A DNA stretch of 62,889 nucleotides, counting the filler, from Collodictyon triciliatum (Eukaryota): the NCBI GenBank assembly GCA_043381765.1. It is 35 parts of 35 records of this genome, joined end to end, with 100 filler letters (N's around TTAATTAATTAA, not from the genome) between each part and the next. Parts side by side here need not be neighbours in the genome. Positions count along the whole stretch, not along the records: positions 50,435 to 52,129 come from JBHJMP010010413.1; positions 52,230 to 53,923 come from JBHJMP010010414.1; positions 54,024 to 55,717 come from JBHJMP010010415.1; positions 55,818 to 57,512 come from JBHJMP010010416.1; positions 57,613 to 59,305 come from JBHJMP010010417.1; positions 59,406 to 61,097 come from JBHJMP010010418.1; positions 61,198 to 62,889 come from JBHJMP010010419.1; 28 more parts are not named here. One strand, given 5' to 3'. The position numbers and the translations under genes are program-made. The stretch's first letter is position 1; the number at the start of each line of letters is the position of its first letter. Under the pieces are notes generated by a model. That model was not told the origin of the DNA, did no database searches, and saw only the letters and a list, made by a program, of their open reading frames with translations. This document shows, piece after piece, positions 51,661 to 62,889 of this stretch.

Positions 51661-53329
51661 TACCTATATATAACCCATCGATATTAAAGATACTTAGGTG
51701 CGACAGGTTAATACCTATCTTGGCATCGCCTAATCAACAAAAATAAATAAATATAAAAAATAAAATTAGTTTGTTGCTGGGAATGGCGCATGCACTTGTC
51801 TCGTGATTAGGTTTGTGTGGGGAGCTAAAAAGGTCGAGCTTATGTATTTTGTATTCATTCATTTGCTCGTTTATTTCAATCATTCGATAATGAATTCTTT
51901 ATGTCCAAAAAACTTGAACAGAGCTGTTTTGATTGGTAAATGTAAAGCAGAATGGAAGAAAAGGGAGGTAGACTTAAGATAAATTTAAATATAACTGTGA
52001 CGAGTTAGAAAGACGCCACTATGGAGCTGATAAGGAATATATTGAAAGATTGTTTTGTGTCTCTTTTTTTTTTTTTTAACCCCACAAAGGAGAGCAGAAT
52101 TCAAAATATTTTTATTATCTTTTGCCGATNNNNNNNNNNNNNNNNNNNNNNNNNNNNNNNNNNNNNNNNNNNNTTAATTAATTAANNNNNNNNNNNNNNN
52201 NNNNNNNNNNNNNNNNNNNNNNNNNNNNNTTGATTAATTTTGGTTTTCTACGAGAATTCTTAGAATTTTTCGAAATCAGATAATAAAACTTATAATTCAG
52301 TAAATAAGAACCAATGCGAAGAAAGTTTTGTTATTTTCCAAATTTGGTGATAAATTAGCCCAATTCTTGAACCATTCAAAGAAATAGACCAAATTCTGAA
52401 CAAAAGACACTGCTCCTTTTAGACAACTAGCGCCATTTTAACCAACGTTTCTGTTCTGTTTCGGGTCATTAGCTATTTTTACTATCATCATAGCATTCAG
52501 TAGCCCCGATTCCTTGGACTTGTGGGTTGTTCCTGATTAGCGCATGTGTTGGATGAGTGCATTCTGAATACCGAACATGTAATGAAATTCTGTGAAATAT
52601 GTATTTATAATTATTAATGTAACATGCAATCAAATAATTGCTACAGTATGAATCAATAGAATAATCTTGTCGAAAAAATGAAATATACTATATAATATCC
52701 GCTTTTGTGTATTTAGGTATTTCTATTTATGGAATAAGTTCAGGTGCATTTGCCTCAGTTCAATCTGCTTTTGTTCATATTTACGCTTTATGAAAGTTTT
52801 TTTTATTTTTGCCTTTCCTCTTACCGTTATGTCAACAAAGAAGCAAAGCTGCAGAGTTTCTGTTAGGGAAATTATTATGCTGCGTATGCCTCAGGGATGT
52901 ATGGGCAATAAGGACAGAAATCAACGAGAGGCTGAGCAGAAGCCTCAAAACCCGCAAATTATAACTAATGAAATGAGAGATGGTTCTGAAATGCCGAGCT
53001 TGCCACTGTCTGGTCACCTCTAATATCTGTTCAGCTTGCGCGAGGAAGATCTTGAACTCTAAATAAGAACCCTCACATGCTCGTCGATAAGGATATCAAA
53101 CTCGAGTTGCTTATCTCATTTGTATTTGCAGACTTGGACGCAACTTCGTAGTGGACTTCTCGAGATAGGTGATAAGCTTTTCAGCTTTCGCGACGCTGAC
53201 AAAGCCCATTCTCGGAGTGACCATGATTACAACCGGTTTGATAGTGTTGAAGCTCTTTGAGCTCAGCCTTGATCTGTCGGGAATTGATGCGAGCCTCGTA
53301 GTTTCTATCCCAGCGTTTGTGGTTCAGAA

Positions 53330-53923
53330 CTGCGAGTCAAGAAGGACATGATGCGGTGGGAGAGAGGAGGAAATTCACCGCCCGTGGCTCTTGTGCTGAC
53401 CTCATTCTATAGTGATGGCTCATACTAATATGATTTACTCAAGATAGACCAGAATACCATCTCATACGAGTTGATGTCACTAGGCAGCCCAATACCTTTT
53501 CCAATCTCGAAAGGCCTCGGTGACAAGTTCCTTGAGCCTTTGATGCCACTAACCGAGTTGATGGACGCGCCAATTTTACAAGGCTGATTTCAGATAGTTC
53601 GAAAATGCCGTTCACAAGTAGGAAGTTTTAGATCTTGAGGTCACGGCGCTGGGTAAACCTTCGGCCATGTGAATCCAGGTATAAAAGGCCTTGCATTGTA
53701 TGCAGGAAATATTTGAAGTGATATCGCCTCTAAGTGCCATGTAATTTTTTATGAGCAAGCAGAGCTCTTCGACTTCTGCAGACTCCATGGAAAGAGCAGG
53801 TTGTTGCCCCAGAATCCGAAGTCGTAGAACGCCATGGTGTTTGGGTGGTGCTGCAGCTCGAACATGATGCTGCCCTTTTTCTCAGCCAGAGCCTTTGGCA
53901 GCTGCAAAGAGAGATATGTCACT
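53330..53923 (-). pseudogene. Decayed protein kinase (TKL-like) pseudogene
   Basis: Across frameshifts: SIMFELQHHPNTMAFY, YLDSHG...RDLKI*NFLL, KGS...GIGLPSDINSYEMVFWSIL; stops present and no clear introns. Confidence 0.65.
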
Positions 53924-54023
53924 NNNNNNNNNNNNNNNNNNNNNNNNNNNNNNNNNNNNNNNNNNNNTTAATTAATTAANNNNNNNNNNNNNNNNNNNNN
54001 NNNNNNNNNNNNNNNNNNNNNNN

Positions 54024-54298
54024 GCGGTGGCGGTGGCGGTGGCGAGGGCGGCAGCACACTCGGCGGTAGTGGCCTCGCGATGCGGTGGCGGCAGGCACAG
54101 CGCCGTGTCGGTGGCGGTGACGGTGACCGTGGCGAGGGTGCCGAGGGTGCCCGACTCGTGCAGGTGCCACGCGGGGGCAGGGGGCGGCGGCACGAGCAGG
54201 ACGGCCAGCAGCGACACAAGCGCAACCGCACAGCCCGCGAGAAGCAGCCCCGGCGCCACGGATCTGCGCGCACCGGGGGCAACGGCGGCGGCCGGCAT
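54024..54298 (-). CDS. GC-rich N-terminus of a type II membrane protein (signal anchor plus Pro/Thr/Ala stem)
   Basis: MPAAAVAPGARRSVAPGLLLAGCAVALVSLLAVLLVPPPPAP...; runs into the contig end. Confidence 0.55.
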
Positions 54299-55619
54299 TG
54301 CAGCCAGAGGGTGGGGGCGCAGGTGGGGGCGCGGGTGGGGGTGGGTGACTGGATACATAGGGGCAAAGGGTGAGGCGCTTTTTTTTTCTTTTTGTTTTTC
54401 TCTATCTTTTTCTTTTTCTCCTTCTTTTTCTCTTTCTCTTTCTTTTTCTCTATCTTTTTCTTTTTCTTTTTCTCTCTCGCTTGCACTTGGCTGTTTTTCG
54501 TTTTGCCACCACCGTCTCCGTGGCTGTGCTCAGTCTGTATTCCCGTTGCTATGGCTCGGTGGCGTTTGTTTGCCGCGCGAGGTTTGTGCCTGGGGCGGGT
54601 TGGGTGTGAGCATCCACTCCGCCAGCGAGCTGTGCGTGTAGCCAGAAGAGGGTGCGCGATTGGGCGCATAAATAGAGGGTGTCTCTGTGTTCTATTCCAC
54701 ATTGGGATGTGATGTGGCGGATTGGGGCTTGTGTGGCTTGTGTCCGTTGTGGATGGGTTGGGGTAGTAAATGAAGGTGAATAGGTGCAAAAGGGTTTGTT
54801 GGTGGTTGTTTCAAACTTGCAGCTTCTCCGGTTTGAATTCGCTTCGTCTGTGGTTATTATTATCATTGAATTCATTTTGTTGCCCTTTCCCTATTTTCCT
54901 ATTTACTTTTTTTTTTCTTTCTAAAAAAAATATATGTATAAAAAATCGCTCATTTAAGAGAACGAATAGCCATTCCAGCTTTATTCAAGCTCCTCAATAA
55001 ACCTCGCCTGAAGTCGCCTCATCTCTGTTCTACTTTTTTAAATAGTTATTTTATTTTCATTTAACAACACGACGGTATTAATTTAATAGGTTTATTGAAT
55101 GAATAGACCATTTAGGAATTATTCAAATATATAAATATATATTTTTTGGCTTGTAGGGAAAAAAATAAAATAGCCACAAATTCAATTGGTTTTTAAATTT
55201 TTGAATTTTCTGTCACAATTTAAGAAATTTTTTAAAAAATGTGGCGAATTAGAAATTTCCATTATTGGTCATCCTTCCAGAATGTTCTTCAAAATTGGCA
55301 AATAGCCACAACGTCAAAGTTGTTGAATTTTCCCATATATAATCAATGATAAGTAAATTATAATGTAAAATATACCGTATTTTATAGCCAGTTTTCTTTT
55401 TTTCTTTTTTTTTTTTTCTTTTTTTTTCCCTCCCTTCCTTCCCTCCAACCTCGCACCGATCCCTGCAGAAGCAACTGCGAGCAAAAGGCAGACGAAAGGA
55501 AATTGTAAACGCAAGTACCTTTTCTTCAGTGAGACAGTTCATTCCACTCTGTATTCTCCTCTAAGGCAAGGTCTGTCTTTACAACCATGGAGCAGGAATA
55601 TGCACGTTTGCAACAGGTC

Positions 55620-55717
<98 letters not shown>

Positions 55718-57046
55718 NNNNNNNNNNNNNNNNNNNNNNNNNNNNNNNNNNNNNNNNNNNNTTAATTAATTAANNNNNNNNNNNNNNNNNNNNNNNNNNN
55801 NNNNNNNNNNNNNNNNNAGATAAAAGAGAGAGATAAAAGAGAGAGATAAAAGAGAGAGATAAAAGAGAGAGATAAAAGAGAGAGATAAAAGAGAGAGATA
55901 AAAGAGAGAGATAAAAGAGAGAGATAAAAGAGAGAGATAAAAGAGAGAGAAAAAGAGAGAGAAAAAGAGAGAAAAAAGAGTTTCTAAAAAAAGAAAAGAG
56001 AAAAGAGAGAAAAAGAGAGAGATAAAAGAGAAGTAATTTATAATTGCAATATTTTTCAATATCTTGCGCTCTGCATTCACCATATTGCAGGTGTCTACAA
56101 CTCGGTGGCTCGCCCGGTATTAGGTCTCTCCGAACGGGATGAACTGTTGCATGATTTCTTTCACCGTGTATGATTCTATTGCATTTATTTAAAAAAAAAA
56201 AGAAGCTATATCACTTATTGATGCCAAGAAAGTGCGCACGTACATAATATACAAACCTGAAGACATATTCACCCCCTCACAAAAACAAAAAACAAAAAAC
56301 AAAAAAAAAACACCGATTCAGGCTGTTCCTCGAAATCTCCCCTATATGCGTGGCCTGGCTTAATGCAGAGGGTCTTTATAGTCTCCAAAATAAAATCCTG
56401 ATTCTTACCAAGGCGATTGAATCATCGCCACGCGAGCCACCTTTTGCTGTTTCCTTTTGATTCGTGTATTTTCTACTTTTTACGACTTCGCCCCTTTGCG
56501 AAACGATAGCCACATTTGAATTCCAGATAAGAATATAAGTATAAATGAAGTGATTCAATCGCCTGCACAATTAAGCGAGAACTTATCCTTTTATGATACA
56601 ATTTTCTGAATATTCAAAGAAATTCGATTATTTTGCACTGAACCGAAAAGAAAGCATCACTGATCATCACAGACTTTTGCGGATCGCATGGAAAAGAGTG
56701 TGAGCAAAATGGATTAATGAAAAGGTTCGATAAGGAAGCAGATCAAACACATCGAGCCAATCGGCTTCGAAGCGGGCTTTGTGGCATGAAGGGTGGAGGA
56801 GATTGGGGAATTAGAGGCTGGGGCGAAGACTTCTTTTCTTTTCCCTTTTTTTCTTCTTTTTTTCTTTTTTTCTTTTTTTCTTTTTTTTTTCTTGCTTCGA
56901 CAATGCGTTGTCTTTGATCGTGAGCGAGGTTGGAGCGTGGCCAGGTCTTTGCTTGTTCCTTCTCCTTTTATTGTTCTTGATGTTTTTATGTTTATGTTCC
57001 ACTTTGAATCGAATAACGGAGGGGAAGAATATGTTATGCTTGGTAT

Positions 57047-57088
<42 letters not shown>

Positions 57089-57107
57089 TTTTTTAATTTT
57101 TTTTTTT

Positions 57108-57191
<84 letters not shown>

Positions 57192-57444
57192 GTTTTTAAA
57201 GAAAGCATTAAGATTTGATTATACAAGTCTATTGTTGCTTTCTCTTCTTTCGCTTGCCCCTAAAGCCCAGCTTCCCAGTTTCTCTACAACATCATGTATG
57301 CTTTCTTCATGTCTCCTGAAAAGCTGGCTCTGAGCCGGATATCTTCCCACCCAACCCTCATACTTTATATTTTCATCCACGAGTTCTCATTTAGTGACGC
57401 GCAAATACAACCATCAATATTGTACTCTTGCCCTTTTTGCTTTT

Positions 57445-57512
<68 letters not shown>

Positions 57513-58142
57513 NNNNNNNNNNNNNNNNNNNNNNNNNNNNNNNNNNNNNNNNNNNNTTAATTAATTAANNNNNNNNNNNNNNNNNNNNNNNNNNNNNNNN
57601 NNNNNNNNNNNNAAAATAAAACAAAATAAAACAAAATAAAACAAAATAAAACAAAATAAAACAAAATAAAACAAAATAAAACAAAATAAAACAAAATAAA
57701 ACAAAATAAAACAAAATAAAACAAAATAAAACAAAATAAAACAAAATAAAACAAAATAAAACAAAATAAAACAAAATAAAACACAATAAAACACAATAAA
57801 ACACAATAAAACACAATAAAACACAATAAAACACAATAAAACAAAATAAAACAAAATAAAACAAAATAAAACAAAATAAAACAAAATAAAACAAAATAAA
57901 ACAAAATAAAACAAAATAAAAATAGACAAAAATAGACAAAAATAGACAAAAATAGACAAAAATAGACAAAAATAGACAAACAATACATAAAAGAAGGAAT
58001 TTATAACAATTTCTTCATTTTAAATAACATGGAATAGCAACAAATAATTCTTACTTGACATAGCAAAATCGTTTCGAGTATAAACGATGTATTTAAATTA
58101 TTTTAATTTTTAAAGTCAAAAAACTTGATTTTTTCTTTTCAG

Positions 58143-58894
58143 GAGTTAATAAATCTCCGGGTAATTGTCAACAAATTGCAACAAAAATTGCAATTACAAT
58201 CTACTATTGCAATCAATATGGAAACCAAATACGACGATGAAACCACCAGCATGATGCATAGCGCTGATGCATTACAAAGGATGATTGAAAGTCTCCTAAT
58301 GGCTGATGTATTCCTTTTATCATCGAACCCAGATTTCTGTGCGACTTTATTTCACCAAGCACAGGTTTTATTTAATAAATAGTCAGTAGATGTGTCATTT
58401 TAAAAAAGACATAAAAAGGAAATGATTAGAAATCGAAAAAAAAGCCTCTTTTATTTCTTAATTTTTAATACATATTTATAGGAGCTTGTGGACACGATTA
58501 ACAGCGGTGCAAAGATTGTATCTGCATCCGGACCACAAAAATCACCAAAGAAATCAAACGACCTTCCATATCTTGCCATAAGATTTATGATTATCCTTAG
58601 TCAAATATCTCGGCTAGTTGAATCTCTAGTAACATTTTACTTGCTTAATTTCTCTTATACACTTATGTGTCTTAATCCTTGCAAAATTTAAGGATATCTC
58701 TTTTTTTCTTCTTCTTCTCGCAAGTCTTTCGATCCTAGCGAATTCAAATCCCAGCGGGAGAGGTCAGAGTCCAAAGATACGTTTGATGAAATGAAGATAA
58801 AATCTGGAGAAGCCAAGGGAATAACACACCAAAAATCTGGGTTCATCGAAAAATGGAATGAATCAGGTCCAAATTGTGCCCCAGTCCCAGAAAG
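58143..58894 (+). CDS. MAST/IRE-type AGC kinase N-terminal (DUF1908-like) region
   Basis: Spliced LAIRFMIILSQISRLVESL-SFDPSEF parallels MAST [23 protein letters not shown]. Confidence 0.55.
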
Positions 58895-59542
58895 GTCGAT
58901 ATAATCTAGGAGTTTATTCAATATATACTGTGCTTTTATCAAACATGTACATGGAGAAAGATATGATATAGTCTAAGAGATAGTTTGAATGGAATGATAA
59001 TATACAAAAAATTGAGTTAATTACTCAACTAAACCTATAACAATACCAAACAGTGTTATGTCTTCTCCACCTACTCAGAGTGAGACAATCATAAGCGCAT
59101 CGATGGTACTGTACTTTTATGACACTGGTTCAATGCTAATTTTAATTATTGTTGTACACAAGTTCATATACAGGGAGTTAAATTAAGAATTTGTCCAAAA
59201 ATAAAAAAGACGAAAAGAAAAGAAAAGAAAAGAAAAGAAAAGAAAAGAAAAGAAAAGAAAAGAAAAGAAAAGAAAAGAAAAGAAAAAAAAAGAAAAGAAA
59301 AGAAANNNNNNNNNNNNNNNNNNNNNNNNNNNNNNNNNNNNNNNNNNNNTTAATTAATTAANNNNNNNNNNNNNNNNNNNNNNNNNNNNNNNNNNNNNNN
59401 NNNNNAAAAGAAAAAAAAGAAAAAAAGAAAAAAAAGAAAAAAAAGAAAAAAAAGAAAAAAAAGAAAAAAAGAAAAAAAGAAAAAAAAGAAAAAAAAGAAA
59501 AAAAAGAAAAAAAGAAAAAAAAGAAAAAAGAAACTGGCATAG

Positions 59543-61003
59543 GCAGGAATCGAATATCTAGAGGGACTCCTCGGCCCTGCGTCTGCCGTGCACTCCGCCT
59601 TTTATGCAAAGGTGAAGTCGCTCTGGCGTGGCAATCCAAACGCATCCACAAAAACACAAGCAAACTCGACCACCAAGGAAAAAGAGAAAGCGCCATCTAC
59701 TCAGAAGCCGAAGCCCAACGCTGCACAGAAACCGCATAATCCTGTCCTAGTACCCATGAATTCGTCAAAGAACGGGCGTGGAAAGGGGAAGAGCGGCGAC
59801 AGCTCATACGATATATTTCCTCAAAAGAAAGATGCACCTTTGACATCCAAATCAGAACCGAAGGCAGACGAGAAGCAGCCGCCAAAAGCTAAGGAAACCT
59901 CGCAAGTGAAGGAAAACGCACCCGCAAAACCTTTGCAAAAGGAATCGAGTGACGTTGTTAAGCCAGAAAAGAAAGATTCTGTTCCCAAAAGTGAGAATAT
60001 CGTCTTTGCATCAGGTTTTCAAATCAAAAGATCCCTTTAACAATTATGATAATGCATTTTGCTGTTCTACCAACGATCAAGGATCGTCATAATTAAAATC
60101 ACTTAGTCTGATATATTCTCCATTTTTTGGGACGTTGACATATATTGCTTCCTTCTTCCAAACTTACTTTGAATGTATTTCCGAAATGAACATGATAAAG
60201 TTTGGATTTCCATTTTGTGGTAGATACAGTAGTAGTTTTGCTATCAATTATATGCTTTGAACAGGTGTTTCTCAAGGAAAGAATGACCCAGCAAAAGCCA
60301 ACAGCAGTAAGAAGGGAGATGCGACATCAACGGAGCATCGCTACCAACTTAAACAAAAGTTGATCAAGCAACCAGTGCACAAGAGTTTTCTGCTCCCTGG
60401 CCGACATTTTTGTGATTGTCAAGTATGAAAATCCTTGCATTCGTATTTTTACCTTAAAATTATGAATGTTTGATAGAAATGATATGCTGTAAAGGATTTA
60501 TTCTGTTTAGAAATATAAATCCGATTCAGTAAATATAGTCTTTCAGTGAATTTGACGCTTACACTTTCATGAGGGTCAATTATTTTCTTTCCCATTTCTT
60601 ATTTACATTACTATTGCAGGCGAGTAAACATGAGTTGATTGGTAATTGCTTGAGATGCGGGAAAATTGTGTGTTCACAGGAAGGAGTCGGGCCCTGCAGT
60701 TATTGTGGGTTATTTGTCGGAAACAAGGCTGCAAGGCAAGCAGATATTATCTTAAATTTACCTAAAAGGAAAACAAATATTGTTTATTGTCAACACAATT
60801 TATGTACTTATCAAATTTTTTTATTCTCGCCAATATATGTATGATGCATTATTTGTCCAATCGCTTCTTCACAATTCGTGAGGAAATTGGTTTATTGTGT
60901 TTGCTTCGTTTATGATTCTTAAATTTCTGAGTATATTTCATTACCCCAAGGAACAAGAAACCAGAAACAAGAAATATTGATACAGCTACTTCAGTATGAT
61001 GGA
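59543..61003 (+). CDS. TRIP4: Activating signal cointegrator 1 / TRIP4 (Rqt4) with C2HC5 zinc finger
   Basis: EYLEGLLG...; PGRHFCDCQ-ASKHELIGNCLRCGKIVCSQEGVGPCSYCG. Confidence 0.9.
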
Positions 61004-61411
61004 ATATCAAAAAACAGAATAAAAAAAGAAAAGAAAAAAGAAAAAAGAAAAAAGAAAAAAGAAAAAAGAAAAAAGAAAAAAGAAAAAAGAAAAAAGANNN
61101 NNNNNNNNNNNNNNNNNNNNNNNNNNNNNNNNNNNNNNNNNTTAATTAATTAANNNNNNNNNNNNNNNNNNNNNNNNNNNNNNNNNNNNNNNNNNNNTGT
61201 TTTGTTTTGTTTTGTTTTGTTTTGTTTTGTTTTGTTTTGTTTTGTTTTGTTTTGTTTTGTTTTGTTTTGTTTTGTTTTGTTTTGTTTTGTTTTTAAAATG
61301 AAAAGAGTAAAAATCAAGTCTATTGTGTTTGTCATGATATTTCAGGAATCTTATGTCCCTCCCTGCCTTCATTTTTAGTGTAGAATTTTTAAATAACCAT
61401 TTTATTGCTAG

Positions 61412-62140
61412 GCATATCTTCGAATCCCTTCCGCTATATTCGCCTCAGCGGAAATCAGGGCATTGGTAATTTTTTGGAGACTGTCCTACTTCCTAAAAAG
61501 TTTCTCCTTCAATTATACTCATCGACACGGTGACTCCTGATAATCAGATATCGACTCTGTGCGTGCTATCGTTGAACTGTGCACTAGGAATAAGTATATC
61601 AAACATGTGAGGCTCGCTAACTGTGGCTTGACATCTGAGGGTAATATTCTTTTCACTTTGAAGCACAGCGGTTTCGTAGTAACACCAATTGGCCAATTGG
61701 TAATCAAGAACCTTTGTAGATGTCAACCCCTTGCTCGACTTTCTTCGAAGTTCTGATGGGTTGGTAGAGACTCTTGACCTGTCTCACAATCTCATAACTC
61801 AAGACACCATTACTGCGGTCTCTAGCACGTTTGCCGTAAGATAAACAAATCTCCTTCCTGTCTCTTGTGTGAATACCATGAGCTTGGTAACCTCGTGATT
61901 ATGACATAAATATGTGTCTATTGCAAACAGGGCAACAATTACCTTAAGTCTCTTAACTTTGGCAATGTCCAAATTGACGACTGGTCTGAGTTTTCCAAGG
62001 TTTTTTTTTTTAATATTTTTTTTCTTACGGATTGTTTGAAGTTGGTGAGGTATCAATCCGTAAATCCTACATCTATCGCAGGGCGCGACTGGGTGTCTGG
62101 AAACTTTCAGGCTTTCCAAGGAGGGATACAGCTGCGCCTA
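61412..62140 (+). CDS. RI-like leucine-rich repeat protein, internal exons
   Basis: Exons FRYIRLSGNQGIG, YIKHVRLANCGLTSE, VETLDLSHNLI, YLKSLNFGNVQI. Confidence 0.7.
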
Positions 62141-62379
62141 ATAACACTCTGATGCGAAGGCAGAACAAAGGGAGACCCGCCCAACCAAGAAGGATTTAAG
62201 AAACACACAGCAAAAGAAAGAAAAAGAGTGACTGGTGACTTCGTCCGTCGTCTGGCGTTGAGCTGAGCCGACTTTTGCTCCGCAGCACCGATAGAAACCC
62301 TCCAGCACAAAGAAAAAGAAATAAACAAGACAGACTGTGGCACGGGCTCCAAACATCAACCTTTCCTTTTTGAGTTTTG

Positions 62380-62830
62380 TGTCTTTTTGGTGCGAGATGC
62401 CAGTCAAGAGGTTTTCGGCATTACTCCACTCGCTTATTGGATTTAGTTCGCCGGATGATGTGGTCCGTGTGGAGCGTGCGTGCTTTTTTCCACTCCCGTG
62501 ACTCGACCGAGCAAGAAATGAGTCCACCCAGGCCGGAAAGCTCCGTGCCGCGCAGCTTCTTCGTGGATGACTCCAAAGCATACTTGCACCCTTCGTTGCG
62601 CCGACCACCGGCGAAGAGAAATGGGAGAATGTATCGCAAGATATATCCCATCTCACAGCAATCCTTTACAGCCTCCACAAGCAACCACCCAGGCGGGCCG
62701 CTCACCCGACCAACCCTCTTCACTGATTTCTTTCCTGTGGCGCCATTTTCCAACTAATCTCTTTTACTGACATATGCTTCCCTACATATGCAATGTGTTC
62801 CCTACTGTGGGCCGGTATTTTTTTCTTAGT
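62380..62830 (+). mobile_element. Diverged LINE family A-related 3' fragment (older subfamily)
   Basis: MMWSVWSVRAFFHSRDSTEQE...TDFFPV parallels LWSVRAFSRSNESPEQE...TDFFPV; frameshifted. Confidence 0.8.
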
Positions 62831-62889
62831 AAGTTTTTTGTTTTTTTTGTTTTTTTTTTTGTTTTTGTTTTTGTTTTTCTTTTGGAGAG

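Noticed and set aside
57557-57988. Long hydrophobic ORFs (FYFVLFCFIL, poly-F, poly-N, poly-Y) here and elsewhere in the ORF track
   Set aside because: Translations of microsatellites and N gaps.

Overview
This is not a contiguous locus. It is 35 unrelated ~1.7-kb eukaryotic contigs in roughly descending length order, joined by 34 artificial 100-bp spacers (N44-TTAATTAATTAA-N44), so adjacency across spacers means nothing. The genome is AT-rich, microsatellite-rich and intron-dense (GT-AG, standard code), probably a protist. Spliced gene fragments I can read: Rab18, VARP/ANKRD27-like N-terminus, FG-GAP propeller, Vps52, Vps10/sortilin receptor, SxxK serine hydrolase, METTL24/FkbM-like methyltransferase, M14B carboxypeptidase, GT61, degenerate class III cyclase, beta-MPP, ELP2, LanCL, MAST-like N-terminus, TRIP4 and an LRR protein. 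Two highlights. (1) An intact, intronless 519-aa Polinton-like-virus-type major capsid gene, followed 9 nt later by a small membrane ORF. (2) A non-LTR retrotransposon ecosystem: an L1/Tx1-type LINE, a twin-priming 5' inversion, a 520-bp tRNA-headed SINE with a 17-bp TSD nested in a LINE, an ORF1-only HAL1-like element, and 16-43-nt tail-only insertions with TSDs. All family calls come from motif recognition by eye; no searches were run.
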